Assembly (NCBI GenBank): GCA_050250255.1
Contig: JBFWOZ010000003.1
Location: forward strand, 68,239-132,238
DNA from: Bdellovibrionales bacterium
Lineage (GTDB): Bacteria; Bdellovibrionota; Bdellovibrionia; Bdellovibrionales; DASUEL01
Length of the DNA stretch: 64,000 nucleotides
Reading direction: 5' to 3'
Shown: piece after piece, positions 37,302 to 47,536 of the stretch
Numbering within the stretch: the stretch's first letter is position 1
Layout of the letters: each line of letters begins with the position of its first letter
The notes under the pieces: model-generated
Seen by the model: the letters and a program-made list of their open reading frames with translations, nothing else
Databases searched by the model: none
What the model was told of the DNA's origin: nothing
Program-made: the position numbers and the translations under genes

Positions 37302-39418
37302 GGCAACTCCGTATAGAAACTATCGTCATAAACTTCCATACAGGCGCCAACAGTGAGTGGTTTGCCATCAATGGTGGGAACCTTACTAATATTACGCTCA
37401 ACTTCATATGCTTTTACATAAACTTTTTCTTTTTTCCCTGTTTTTCTATTTTTTCTAGTTCTCTTAGTATTAACTAGAACTTCCTTTATGATGCGATCTT
37501 TTGGTTGAGCTTTGTACTCACTTATAGCAAGTCTTACAAGTGCCCTGTGGGGCGCTGCTTTCATGGGCGGCATGCCGTGGAAATCCTTCCAGTCCGTACC
37601 AGAAGTATAGAATTTTTGTTTGAAACTTTCTTTCCCTTTTAAAAACTTTGGAGAATCAAAAATGGCATCATAGCACTCGCGTTTGCAAACATTAAAACTT
37701 TCTACTTGCTCTGCTGTTGCTTTAGCTTGTACTCCCCCAGCCCAGAACTTTTCGTCTACTTTGTACGGAGGACACAGTGCGCGTTTATAGTCATCACCTG
37801 GAGCATCCCATACAGAGTAGGCCTTGTTTCTCAGTATAACATTAATAAATGGATGTGCCTCTAGGCCTTTTGCAGACGTAGAGAGCTGAGATTTTCCCCA
37901 TGTCGAGGCAGTACGACCCGTTCGAGAATCACCAAAAGCCTCCGTATAGCGATTGTAAACACTGGCTACGACTGCTTTAAGATATTCATGCTTTTGGCCA
38001 CACTTGCCGCCGCCCATTTCTGCACTGCAGTTGCGTGAACAAAGATCCGCGGCTTGCAGATTTTCTACAACGCCAGGCATATCATTCTTGAGTGCTGTAA
38101 ACTCAGGATCTGCATTTAAATCACAGGCCAGTTTATGAAGACCGATAGGCCTTTTTGTAACAGAAATGTTAATGGGATTACCTTTTTTGTCTTTGCCTTT
38201 TTGAGTCGTTGTTTTAGGAACGCAATCTGCTGGATCCCTATTGAAAAGAGTACGGTCGTGAACGGTGTATTCATCACCAATCGTCTTGCAGTCGTTAATT
38301 GGTTGCCCCAAGTATTTTTCGACAATTACATAGAGCTCGTCGAGTTTATTGTTGGGTTTTACAAGAGACGCGATATGTTGCTGAAGACCATTTTTCTCTC
38401 CACAGTCGTTACATTCTGGAGTTGCAATTCCGGCTTCGGTTTTGGATGAAGGAGGTTTGGGAGCTCCCTGAGAGCGCTTTGGTGGAGGAGATGAAGTCTC
38501 ATCCAGGACTTCTACTGTAGGATTTTTTTCATCCAACCTCATAACGGGATTAGTGATGAGAAGTGGGCCCCTTTCAATTGCCGAAATAGTAAGACGAAGA
38601 CCATTGTCAGTAGGAGTTTCGTTGGTTTTAGCTTCAATTTTTTTAGTGGTGGTGTCCGCTCGAAGTACTGGTAAATCGGGATAGCTTTTAAGTGAAGAAA
38701 ACATGACTCCGCCTTCGCGAAACTCTTCTTCAGACTCCTTGTCGATTTTCTCATCCTTGGGAATAGGTTGAGAAACTATCGCTCGTGGGGCAAACACGGG
38801 ATTCTTATTTTTGTCTTTTAATTCCCAGATTGCTGTTCCGGTAATTTCCATGATCGGAGGGACTTTATTTTCTGACGGGAGAATAGGTTTTTGAGTAGCA
38901 GGTTCATTGTTTTCAGCGGGTTGATGTTCAAAAATCACTTGCGCTCTTTTTTCGTCAATGAACATTGTGCGACGAGGAGCGGTAGTTTTTAATTCCTGTA
39001 AAAATATTTTTCCAGATTTGTCTTTGGCGGTGATATCTATGGCAACTTCTTGATCAGGTCCGTTGAGACGTTTAACAGGAATGATAAGATAGTTGGATTC
39101 AATCCGTCCTAATAAAAAACTTCCCTGAGGAATGGTGACTTTGTAATTGCGAGTGACCTTGCCACGAGGAACATCAATGCCTATCGTGAGAGGCACGGTT
39201 ACACGGAAAGGCGTCAACCCATCCTGCGGAGTTTTGAGAAGCTCAGGCGGTATGGGCTGTACAAGCGGTGCCTGTTGCACAACTGGTGTTCTTGCGGGAG
39301 GTTGCATAGATCTATTGGGTGCAGGCCTCGGCGCCGCAGGTTTTGCGGTGCTTTTTTGTCCCTGAGCAAAAGCTGTAGTGGACAGACAGAATAAAAGGAA
39401 AATCAGCGTTTTTTTCAC
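37298..39418 (-). CDS. Large exported protein with a putative SleB/Hydrolase_2-like cell wall hydrolase domain
   Basis: Signal peptide, Pro-rich linkers, CxxC, then SRNCSAEM...KAVVASVYNR...VILRNKAYSVWD. Confidence 0.55.
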   Translation of the reverse strand: MKKTLIFLLFCLSTTAFAQGQKSTAKPAAPRPAPNRSMQPPARTPVVQQAPLVQPIPPELLKTPQDGLTPFRVTVPLTIGIDVPRGKVTRNYKVTIPQGSFLLGRIESNYLIIPVKRLNGPDQEVAIDITAKDKSGKIFLQELKTTAPRRTMFIDEKRAQVIFEHQPAENNEPATQKPILPSENKVPPIMEITGTAIWELKDKNKNPVFAPRAIVSQPIPKDEKIDKESEEEFREGGVMFSSLKSYPDLPVLRADTTTKKIEAKTNETPTDNGLRLTISAIERGPLLITNPVMRLDEKNPTVEVLDETSSPPPKRSQGAPKPPSSKTEAGIATPECNDCGEKNGLQQHIASLVKPNNKLDELYVIVEKYLGQPINDCKTIGDEYTVHDRTLFNRDPADCVPKTTTQKGKDKKGNPINISVTKRPIGLHKLACDLNADPEFTALKNDMPGVVENLQAADLCSRNCSAEMGGGKCGQKHEYLKAVVASVYNRYTEAFGDSRTGRTASTWGKSQLSTSAKGLEAHPFINVILRNKAYSVWDAPGDDYKRALCPPYKVDEKFWAGGVQAKATAEQVESFNVCKRECYDAIFDSPKFLKGKESFKQKFYTSGTDWKDFHGMPPMKAAPHRALVRLAISEYKAQPKDRIIKEVLVNTKRTRKNRKTGKKEKVYVKAYEVERNISKVPTIDGKPLTVGACMEVYDDSFYTELP

Positions 39419-39656
39419 TACTTAATTTTATCGGAAGAAACGATTTGTATTCGCCCCACAAAGGTCGATTTTTATGAGATTCCAAACTTTAGTCTGGTAA
39501 AAAAATGTAGGTTCTCATTTTGAGATGAAGTTAAATCATTTTATTTTTAATCGTCTGGGTGACAGGCACATAGCAATTTAAGGAAGATTTCCTCGTATCT
39601 CTTGGGTGCTCCTGGGTATTGCGATTGCACAGTCACGAGGTACCCAAGGAGTGGTT

Positions 39657-39938
39657 ATGTTGATGAGTACATGGATGTGGTTACTGGTTTTGAGCATGAT
39701 GCTTTTTCACCCGCTAGAATCAGTAGCAGCTGACAAGAAGTCAGCTTTTAAATTGGACAGGAAGTCCCCGAGAGTCGTGAAAAAAACGATTCGTTATCGA
39801 CAGCCTCTGCCAGAGATCCAAACAATCACTCAGCAAATTGACCAAGAAGTGGAAATGTTTGAAGTGAAGTCGGCCGACCAGCCGACCTTTGATGATGAGC
39901 CACTTGATAGTGACTGGCGTTCTCCAGCCTCCGAATAA
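39657..39938 (+). CDS. Small hypothetical exported protein
   Basis: AGGAG RBS, hydrophobic N-terminus, acidic RxPAS-type C-terminus. Confidence 0.5.
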   Translation: MLMSTWMWLLVLSMMLFHPLESVAADKKSAFKLDRKSPRVVKKTIRYRQPLPEIQTITQQIDQEVEMFEVKSADQPTFDDEPLDSDWRSPASE

Positions 39939-40081
39939 CAAAAGTGCCAGTGTCTTTTTTCTGGCTACATCGCTTCACGAAGTGGCCGCGGTGTAGCCAG
40001 AAAAAAGACACTGGCACTTTTGTTATCGCTTCACGAAGTGGCCGCGGTGTAGCCAGAAAAAAGACACTGGCACTTTTGTTA
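39936..40081. repeat. Long inverted repeat plus exact 56-bp tandem duplication (REP/REPIN-like)
   Basis: 34-bp perfect arms 39936-39969 and 39992-40025; segment 39970-40025 repeated exactly at 40026-40081. Confidence 0.9.
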
Positions 40082-40825
40082 GCCTTTTCCGAGAGTCGCT
40101 TTGCGGTAATCCGATTTCATGAGAGCGATGTTAGAAATCGAAATCTCTTTCGGGCAAGCGGCTTCACATTCACCAATGTTTGTGCAACCACCAAACATTT
40201 CGGCGTCCATTTGGTGAACCATCTTCTCCACGCGAGTGGTACGTTCAATTTGGCCTTGAGGTAAAAGAGCTAATTGAGCAATCTTCGCGGAAGTAAAGAG
40301 AGAAGCCGAAGCATTTGGGCAGGCGGCCACGCAGGCGCCGCAGCCGATGCATGTCGCTGCATCAAAAGCTTTATCCGAAGCTTCTTTTGAAACAAGGATT
40401 GCGTTTGCGTCAGCGTGTTTTCCTGTTTTTGCCGAAATGTAACCGCCAGAGGCGATAATGCGATCAAAACTTGCGCGATCGACCACGAGATCTTTTACAA
40501 TCGGAAATGCCGTAGCTCTCCAAGGTTCCACCACGAGAGTGTCGCCGTCTTTAAATTCACGCATGTAAAGTTCGCAAGTGGTCGTACCGCGATTGGGGCC
40601 GTGAGCTTGACCGTTGATCATGCAACCGCAGGATCCGCAGATGCCTTCGCGACAATCGCTATCAAACTCTACGGGGCGTTCGCCCGCTTTTAAGAGTTGA
40701 ATGTTGAGTACATCGAGCATTTCGAGAAAAGACATATCGGGAGAAATGTCGCTGATCGAGTAGCTCTTCAAAACACCTGGTTTGCCTGGACCATCTTGAC
40801 GCCAAATTTGTAATGTTAGTTTCAT
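40079..40825 (-). CDS. sdhB: Succinate dehydrogenase/fumarate reductase iron-sulfur subunit
   Basis: [34 protein letters not shown]. Confidence 0.95.
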   Translation of the reverse strand: MKLTLQIWRQDGPGKPGVLKSYSISDISPDMSFLEMLDVLNIQLLKAGERPVEFDSDCREGICGSCGCMINGQAHGPNRGTTTCELYMREFKDGDTLVVEPWRATAFPIVKDLVVDRASFDRIIASGGYISAKTGKHADANAILVSKEASDKAFDAATCIGCGACVAACPNASASLFTSAKIAQLALLPQGQIERTTRVEKMVHQMDAEMFGGCTNIGECEAACPKEISISNIALMKSDYRKATLGKG

Positions 40826-40846
40826 AGTTTCAAAGTCCTTTTTTAA

Positions 40847-42769
40847 CTATTTATAACTTCGCTGAGCGAGTTTAATGTTTTCAAACGACAAGGCTTCTTT
40901 ATGTAACTCTTCTTTGCCAATACCTTTGTATTCCCAAGCACCCACGTAACTGAATTTTTCATCATCACGTTTTGCTTCGCCCTCGGGAGTTTGGCTCTCG
41001 GTACGGAAGTGACCACCACAAGATTCTGTGCGGTGTTCAGCATCTTTTGCCATGAGTTCGCCAAGCTCTAAGAAGTCGGCGACACGACCAGCAACTTCCA
41101 AGTTTTTATTAAACTCATCACCTGTTCCACCAATCAGAACCGAGTTCCAAAACTCTTCACGCATTTCGGGAATTTTCTTTAAAGCCGCTTTTAAACTTTC
41201 ATTCGAGCGAGCCATACCGACGTTGTCCCACATAGCGAGTCCGAGCTCTCGGTAGTACTCAAGAACTGTTTTGCCCCCTTTATTTTTTGAACCCGCTTGA
41301 AGAAGTTTATGGACTTGTCCTTTGACCTCTTCTTCGCAGCGTTGAAACTCAGGGTGATCGGTTGTCACTTTTGTTTGCTTCATTTGAGCTAAGTAATTTC
41401 CAAGAGTGTTTGGAATCACAAAGTATCCGTCCGCAAGACCTTGCATGAGCGCGCTCGCTCCAAGGCGGTTTGCACCGTGATCGCTGAAGTTCGCTTCACC
41501 AAGGGCAAAGAGGCCAGGCACCGTTGTCATGAGGCTGTAATCGACCCAGAGTCCACCCATTGTGTAGTGAACAGCGGGGTACATCTTCATCGGTGAAGAC
41601 CAAGGATTTTCGCCAGTGATTTTTTGGTAGATGTCGAAAAGATTTCCGTACTTTTCCGAAATCACTTTTTGACCATCGCGTTTAATCGCATCGCGGAAAT
41701 CAAGATAGACGGCGCGGCCACTTCCTACGCCGCGGCCTTCATCGCAGACATCTTTCGCGTTTCGAGAGGCCACGTCACGGGGAACGAGATTCCCGAAGCT
41801 AGGATATTTTCTTTCGAGATAATAATCACGATCGCCTTCAGTGAGGTCGTTCGGACTTTTCTTAAGATCGGTTTTATTTTTTGGAACCCAAACGCGTCCG
41901 TCGTTTCTTAAGCTTTCGCTCATAAGAGTAAGTTTGGATTGGTGCTCACCAGAGACAGGAATGCATGTTGGGTGGATTTGTACGTAACAAGGATTTGCGA
42001 AGTAGGCACCACGTTTGTGCGCTCGCCAAATCGCCGTTGCGTTGGAGTTGAACGCGTTTGTCGAGAGATAATAAATGCGTCCATAACCGCCAGTACAAAG
42101 AAGAACAGCATCTCCGGCGTGGCGTTCAATTTTTCCAGTCACAAGATTACGTGTAATGATTCCACGCGCAACTCCATCGACGTTCACGACATCTAAAAGT
42201 TCTTGTCTTGTATGGAGCTCTACTTTTTTGGCGTCGACTTGTCTCATCATCGCCGAGTAAGCTCCGAGGAGAAGCTGTTGGCCGGTTTGTCCGCGAGCGT
42301 AGAAAGTCCGAGAGACTTGAGCGCCACCAAAAGAGCGATTCGCTAATTCTCCACTATACTCTCTGGCAAAAGGAACACCTTGAGCGACACATTGATCGAT
42401 AATGCTCACACTCAGTTGAGCAAGACGATACACATTTGATTCACGTGAGCGGAAGTCTCCGCCCTTAATCGTGTCGTAGAAAAGGCGATAAATACTATCA
42501 CCGTCGTTGGAATAATTTTTTGCAGCATTAATGCCCCCCTGAGCGGCAATACTATGCGCGCGCCTTGGAGAATCATGAATCGAAAAAGCTTTTACGTTAT
42601 AACCAAGCTCCGCGAGTGTTGCGGCGGCCGAAGCGCCGGCAAGGCCAGTGCCCACAACGATGACGTTGTATTTTCTTTTGTTCGCGGGGTTCACAAGCTT
42701 CATGTCACCTGTGAATTTATCCCATTTTCCTTCGACAGGTCCGGTAGGGGCTTTAGCGTCAAGTATCAT
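40847..42769 (-). CDS. sdhA: Succinate dehydrogenase/fumarate reductase flavoprotein subunit
   Basis: [39 protein letters not shown]; start MILDAK overlaps the sdhC stop (ATGA). Confidence 0.95.
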   Translation of the reverse strand: MILDAKAPTGPVEGKWDKFTGDMKLVNPANKRKYNVIVVGTGLAGASAAATLAELGYNVKAFSIHDSPRRAHSIAAQGGINAAKNYSNDGDSIYRLFYDTIKGGDFRSRESNVYRLAQLSVSIIDQCVAQGVPFAREYSGELANRSFGGAQVSRTFYARGQTGQQLLLGAYSAMMRQVDAKKVELHTRQELLDVVNVDGVARGIITRNLVTGKIERHAGDAVLLCTGGYGRIYYLSTNAFNSNATAIWRAHKRGAYFANPCYVQIHPTCIPVSGEHQSKLTLMSESLRNDGRVWVPKNKTDLKKSPNDLTEGDRDYYLERKYPSFGNLVPRDVASRNAKDVCDEGRGVGSGRAVYLDFRDAIKRDGQKVISEKYGNLFDIYQKITGENPWSSPMKMYPAVHYTMGGLWVDYSLMTTVPGLFALGEANFSDHGANRLGASALMQGLADGYFVIPNTLGNYLAQMKQTKVTTDHPEFQRCEEEVKGQVHKLLQAGSKNKGGKTVLEYYRELGLAMWDNVGMARSNESLKAALKKIPEMREEFWNSVLIGGTGDEFNKNLEVAGRVADFLELGELMAKDAEHRTESCGGHFRTESQTPEGEAKRDDEKFSYVGAWEYKGIGKEELHKEALSFENIKLAQRSYK

Positions 42770-43485
42770 GAGTTTCCTCCTTGCTGAAGGACATAGAGAT
42801 AAATCGGGAGGAGTAAAAAACCCACGGCGAGAAGAGTTGCCATCACCCAGGCGAAACAATAAATCGGCCCTGAAATACGAGGATATAAAACTCCAAGAGA
42901 TTGATAAGCACTCCAGAATCCATGGCGAAGATGGAACCAGAGAAAGGCCATGGCAATCACGTAAATTCCAACATTTAAAGGATCAGAAAAAGTTTCAGCA
43001 ACCAGTCGGTAAAGATCGCGCGCTGATTCACCGTTGACGTCAGTGGTGTAACCCATATCGATACTTGGCCCGAAACGAAATTGTTTTACGTGCAAAATGA
43101 GAAATGCGAGGAGTAGAACTCCCGTAATAATCATATTCCGTGAGCCGACACTCGACTTCGAATGACCACCTTTACTCGGGGTGGAAGAAGCATAAGCTTC
43201 TTTGCGAGCCGCTTTATTGTCGCGAGTCACCAAAACGGCGTAGACGATATGAACGAGAAATAATCCTAAAAGCGCAAATTCTCCAGCTATGGCGAGATAG
43301 CCAAAGTCATGAAGACTTTTCGCGTAAAGGTTGAAGGCTTTTCCTGAGGGATCAAGAAGTGTGAGGTTGCCGGCCAAATGCGTAATGGCAAAAAACACCA
43401 AAGCTATGCCAGATAGACCCATCACAAACTTTTTCCCGACAGACGAGGAGAGAGATCGCTTGAGAGGTATCACAAGATGCTCCAT
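42766..43485 (-). CDS. sdhC: Succinate dehydrogenase cytochrome b subunit
   Basis: SSVGKK..MGLSG, HLAGN, five TM helices with His ligands, [13 protein letters not shown]. Confidence 0.92.
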   Translation of the reverse strand: MEHLVIPLKRSLSSSVGKKFVMGLSGIALVFFAITHLAGNLTLLDPSGKAFNLYAKSLHDFGYLAIAGEFALLGLFLVHIVYAVLVTRDNKAARKEAYASSTPSKGGHSKSSVGSRNMIITGVLLLAFLILHVKQFRFGPSIDMGYTTDVNGESARDLYRLVAETFSDPLNVGIYVIAMAFLWFHLRHGFWSAYQSLGVLYPRISGPIYCFAWVMATLLAVGFLLLPIYLYVLQQGGNS

Positions 43486-43731
43486 GTAATATGTTAGGTA
43501 ACATTACAGTAACCCTGAAGATTATGTATTTCAAGTAGACGCTTCAGGATACATGTATGCGGTTAACAGTATTCTTGGAAACGGTAGGGTATTCCAGAGC
43601 CCTGTACGGTTTCCCGGGATTCAAGAAAACGAGTATACAGGTTTTCAGGAGATTCTCCTGGACCAAAATCTTATGTATTAGTGGGTCCATAGGACCTTGT
43701 AGGAAATGAGAATAGATCGCAAAATAAGAGA

Positions 43732-43989
43732 ATGAAGTTTGTGCTTTATGGAACCCTTGTTTTCTTCGCATGTTCGCTCAGTGGATGCTCTCTTTTAAGA
43801 GAATTGGCCGAGCGTTTCGAGGAACCTTCGGTCACGGAAGTAGGGGAAGAAGATACGTGTGTGGGTGAGAATTGCGACGCAAGAGCGCCGGCTTCTTATC
43901 GTCCACCTATGGGATCTCATGAAAGTACGGGCTTTGATGTCAATCGTGGCTCTTCGGCTGTCTTACCGGAAGAATACTACAAAGAGTAA
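43732..43989 (+). CDS. Small lipoprotein
   Basis: Lipobox LSGC, RAPAS motif. Confidence 0.6.
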   Translation: MKFVLYGTLVFFACSLSGCSLLRELAERFEEPSVTEVGEEDTCVGENCDARAPASYRPPMGSHESTGFDVNRGSSAVLPEEYYKE

Positions 43990-43991
43990 AT

Positions 43992-44020
43992 AAAAAAGCC
44001 GAACTCATAGCTCGGCTTTT
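43992..44020. terminator. Bidirectional terminator
   Basis: AAAAAAGCCGA...TCGGCTTTT between convergent small genes. Confidence 0.7.
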
Positions 44021-44043
44021 GAAAACATGAAAATTTAAATCAA

Positions 44044-44247
44044 TTAGTGAGTATGGCTGTCATCTTCGTGAGCGTGGTCCTCAGCTTTATGGTCCTTCTC
44101 TGCTTTTTTCTTAGCAGTTTTTTTAGCTGGAGCTGTTGGAGCAACAGTTGTTTCTGGGTGGCCAGGGGGCATAACAGGTTTTTTGTCTGTAGCAGAAACG
44201 GAAAGAGCAAAGCTAGTAACGATCGCAAGTGCAAGAAGCGATTTCAT
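44044..44247 (-). CDS. Small exported protein with Lys-rich and His/Asp-rich tail
   Basis: AAGGAG RBS, signal peptide, MPPGHP, DHKAEDHAHEDDSHTH. Confidence 0.65.
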   Translation of the reverse strand: MKSLLALAIVTSFALSVSATDKKPVMPPGHPETTVAPTAPAKKTAKKKAEKDHKAEDHAHEDDSHTH

Positions 44248-44404
44248 GAGGAATCTCCTTTTAAATGATGCTTTTTTAAAAGCATGTTGTTTTTGATTTA
44301 CTTCATCATTCGCCCGCTTTCGAAAGCTGGCAAATTAATTTTCTTTAATTCGATTTCGTTCGATGGGGTGGGGAGGCGACGGCCTTACTTTGGGCAAAAA
44401 GGTT

Positions 44405-44441
44405 TTTCCTGAAAGGCTCGAGAAATAGGCCTTTCAGGAAA
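44405..44441 (-). terminator. Terminator hairpin
   Basis: TTTCCTGAAAGGC...GCCTTTCAGGAAA 13-bp arms just after the 44448 stop. Confidence 0.6.
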
Positions 44442-44447
44442 TGTAAC

Positions 44448-45764
44448 TTACTGTTCCTTTGATCGGTCACTTGCGATAGAGGGGGCATCTGAGCGGGTCA
44501 GTGAAGGCTGTGCGCTGAGAGTTTTTAGCATAGCCTTTGCGCCCACGTTGTATTGAAGGGCGACGCTGAAGTTTTCATTCATCTCTAGGGTTTTCTCTGA
44601 GAGATAGATCGTCTTATAGGCTTTTCCTTGGACCTCAGGGTTTCCAACGATGTAAAGAAGGTTGGAAAGTCCGATAATGCAGTTTGTTTGGTTGATCCAT
44701 AGACATTTAATTTCTACGTTTGAAATTTGCTTTTTAGCCTGTTCTGTCAGCATTTCGATCTGTACTTTTTGGGCTAAGAGACTCGCAACCGTGTCGGAGT
44801 CTTTGTGAGGTTGGCGTTTTAAAACTTCAAGCATCTGACTTGCGGTGGAGCTTGCAGAAATGAGTACGGTAAAAGATTCGCTCATGTCACTCGTATTGGA
44901 ATTGAGGAGAATACTTTGCGTGGCCCGACCTCTTAAAGCTCCATCATGAGCGATGCTCTCCAGTTGTGAAAGAGCTTTCAAACAAAGATCAGATTCCACA
45001 GCACAAATGACAGAGGTGACTTCCGTTCCTTCAAGCTTGGCAATGATTTTGGCTTTAAGGTCACTGATTTTTTCATCTTTCTCTTTTTGTTGATCAGCCA
45101 CTTTTTGATCAAACGCCGGCTGAGCTTTGAGAAAATTCAAAGTCGCATCTGCACCATCGTTATATTTGATGGTGATACGGCCCAAAACGTCAGTAGATCG
45201 ATTTTCAGAATCGATAAGAATGGATTTAAAAGCCTTTCCTTTCAATTCTTCGCTTCCCGCGATGTAATTGAGGTTTGTGAGACCTTCTAAACATTCTTGA
45301 TCTTTGCTCACACAGTAGAGGTAAGAGACTTTTGTGTTTTTCTTAAGCTTCTGGAGGATTTCTTCTTCGAGAGATTGAATTTGGGATTTACGGTTTTGGA
45401 TTTTGGCAATAGCAGGATTGATCTCTTCGGTTGTTTCGCTAACTTCTTTGCTTTCACAAACCTCAGAGGACGCTAGTAGGCTCTGACTTTGCGTGTGGAT
45501 CATAGATTTTGAGGTTTGCTTTAATTCGGCGACGAGGTGCTGCAGTTTTTTTCTGAGTTCAAGACAGCGTGTGGTGGATCGATCAGGTTCTGACTCAAGA
45601 GCTTTGATTTCGCTTTGGAGTTCTTGAGAGGTTGTTTGAAGCTGAGCTTCCTTATCTACGGCGGTGACGGTGGTGAGTTCACCCTCAGCAACCTTAAAGC
45701 CTTTTTGACAGGAAATGGCACCGACGACTAACACACAAACAGCTAAACGCTGAGAGAGCTTCAT
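44448..45764 (-). CDS. Lipoprotein with three internal repeats of about 100 aa
   Basis: Lipobox AISC; repeats of C-x6/7-C-xxxL..L.....L.G.A.....I....L.xQP. Confidence 0.75.
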   Translation of the reverse strand: MKLSQRLAVCVLVVGAISCQKGFKVAEGELTTVTAVDKEAQLQTTSQELQSEIKALESEPDRSTTRCLELRKKLQHLVAELKQTSKSMIHTQSQSLLASSEVCESKEVSETTEEINPAIAKIQNRKSQIQSLEEEILQKLKKNTKVSYLYCVSKDQECLEGLTNLNYIAGSEELKGKAFKSILIDSENRSTDVLGRITIKYNDGADATLNFLKAQPAFDQKVADQQKEKDEKISDLKAKIIAKLEGTEVTSVICAVESDLCLKALSQLESIAHDGALRGRATQSILLNSNTSDMSESFTVLISASSTASQMLEVLKRQPHKDSDTVASLLAQKVQIEMLTEQAKKQISNVEIKCLWINQTNCIIGLSNLLYIVGNPEVQGKAYKTIYLSEKTLEMNENFSVALQYNVGAKAMLKTLSAQPSLTRSDAPSIASDRSKEQ

Positions 45765-45798
45765 AAAACCTCCATAGAATGATTCAACTATGGAGAGA

Positions 45799-45813
45799 GC
45801 AAGGCTTGTGCCA
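45799..45813 (-). promoter_or_regulatory. Sigma54 -24/-12 promoter
   Basis: Minus strand TGGCACAAGCCTTGC matches TGGCAC-N5-TTGC, 35 bp upstream of the ATG with GGAGG RBS. Confidence 0.75.
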
Positions 45814-45814
45814 C

Positions 45815-46303
45815 TTAGCGAGCGGAGTTGTTATTGCCGCCGCGAAGATCGCTAGGTCGAGCGTTCGTTGTTTCACACACAGGTTTTTTGCTCAAGGCAG
45901 CTCGATAGCCCTTTAAGAACCCATCGCTTCTTGATCGAACAGCGCTGCAGTAACTGAGACAATCTGTAACAGAGTCATCTTTGGTTAACTCAGATTTAAT
46001 TCTTGTGACTTCCTTGCGGCAGGTATCCTTGCAGGCTGAATCTGCATCTTCAATAAAGGCCTTAGGTGGTTTACTTGTACTATCCTTACAACGATCCGTA
46101 ACATACGTATAAGTCCCAATTGCGACGAAATCGAAATAATCTTTATCCGGTGACCCAGCCGTTCTTGATGGATCTGCATTGAAGGCATTTCTGAAGTCGT
46201 AGCGGTTTTCTTTTTTGCAAAAGAGCTCATAAAAAGAATCGATCTCTTCAGCCAATCCTATAGATCCTGAGAGTAGAATTCCTAAAATAAGAAGTGCTTT
46301 CAT
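45815..46303 (-). CDS. Cys-rich exported hypothetical protein
   Basis: Signal peptide, paired CxxxC motifs. Confidence 0.6.
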   Translation of the reverse strand: MKALLILGILLSGSIGLAEEIDSFYELFCKKENRYDFRNAFNADPSRTAGSPDKDYFDFVAIGTYTYVTDRCKDSTSKPPKAFIEDADSACKDTCRKEVTRIKSELTKDDSVTDCLSYCSAVRSRSDGFLKGYRAALSKKPVCETTNARPSDLRGGNNNSAR

Positions 46304-46387
46304 TTGATACCCCTCTGCTATTCTATTCGGTCTTAAACTCGGTTTAATCCACTAGCCAAAGGCCGGGTTGAGTGGGATTATTAACAC

Positions 46388-47536
46388 GTGGAAACCAAAG
46401 AGACTCAGAAATGGGATAGAGAAGAAGTGTTTTACGACGGCGAAGAGCTCTTCCAGCGTCTTTGCCACCAAATTGACCACGCCCAAGAGTCTATAGAAAT
46501 TGAAGTTTATATTTTCCAAGACGAAGAAAAGCCACGACTCATTCTTGAGAAAATGATCGCGGCCGCTCATCGGGGGGTCAAGGTTCGCTTCATGGTGGAT
46601 GGCATTGGATCGTTTGGATTTAGTCGAACTCATCTTCAGAGACTTCGACAAAATAATGTAAAAGTACGCATTTATCATCCCACACCTTGGGATCATAACT
46701 TCTCTCAATATCTCTGGTGGGTGCGTTGGAAAACTTATTTAAAGTTTTTAGGATTTATTAATCGGCGCAATCACCGCAAAGTGTATCTGTTTGATCAAAA
46801 ACGCGCCATCGTGAGCAGTTCTAACCTCACACAAGTCGAATTAATTCCTTCAAACGATCCTACAAGCTGGAGAGAGACTTCGGTTTATGTCGAAGGCGAA
46901 GAAGTGTCACAGCTTCATCAGTCCTTTCAGCGTGCGTGGAAATATGCCACGGGTTTAGCCGAAGTTTTGGATCGACGAGGGCTCAAGCGGTTCACCCAAA
47001 ATCTTATTTATTTTAATTTCACCAGAAAACAGCGCCGCAAATCGTATATAGAACTGATTTATCGCATTTATTCTGCTCAGAAAAAAATAGGGATCACGAA
47101 CGCCTATTTTGTTCCAGACGGTACCTTGATTCGAGCTTTGCGTTATGCCGCTTGGACCGGTGTGGAGGTCTATGTCCTTGTCCCTCACAAGTCAGATCTC
47201 TTTTTCATGCGTTGGGTGACGTCGGCCTTTTATTTTGGTCTTCTGCTTGCAGGAGTTAAGATTTTTGAATACGTGCCGCGAGTTTTGCACGCAAAAAGTG
47301 TTATGATCGATCATTGGGGGCGAGTGGGTACGAGTAACTTAAATCATCGAAGCCTTTTTCAAGATTTAGAGGTGGACGTCGTCATCACTCAAGTGAAAAA
47401 TCTTGAGAGTTTGAGTCGACAGTTTGAGCAAGATTTAAAGGAAGCAAAAAGCATAACGATGGAAGATTGGCTCGTGAGACCACGTTTTGAAAAATGGATG
47501 GGCCAATTGCTTTTAAAATTTAGGTACTGGTTATGA
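46388..47536 (+). CDS. clsB: Cardiolipin synthase ClsB-like phospholipase D
   Basis: Two HKD motifs (RNHRKVYLFD, LHAKSVMID), NAYFVP; followed by a YbhP-like gene. Confidence 0.85.
   Translation: METKETQKWDREEVFYDGEELFQRLCHQIDHAQESIEIEVYIFQDEEKPRLILEKMIAAAHRGVKVRFMVDGIGSFGFSRTHLQRLRQNNVKVRIYHPTPWDHNFSQYLWWVRWKTYLKFLGFINRRNHRKVYLFDQKRAIVSSSNLTQVELIPSNDPTSWRETSVYVEGEEVSQLHQSFQRAWKYATGLAEVLDRRGLKRFTQNLIYFNFTRKQRRKSYIELIYRIYSAQKKIGITNAYFVPDGTLIRALRYAAWTGVEVYVLVPHKSDLFFMRWVTSAFYFGLLLAGVKIFEYVPRVLHAKSVMIDHWGRVGTSNLNHRSLFQDLEVDVVITQVKNLESLSRQFEQDLKEAKSITMEDWLVRPRFEKWMGQLLLKFRYWL

Noticed and set aside
39936..40081. CRISPR array
   Set aside because: Only three arms, one inverted, the two intervening segments are identical rather than unique spacers, and no cas genes are present
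39944..40264. ORFs beginning MPVSFFWLHR on both strands
   Set aside because: Artefacts of the inverted repeat; one overlaps sdhB antisense
42770..42859. 30-aa N-terminal extension on SdhA
   Set aside because: Overlaps sdhC; the ATG at 42769 has a GGAGG RBS and an ATGA overlap
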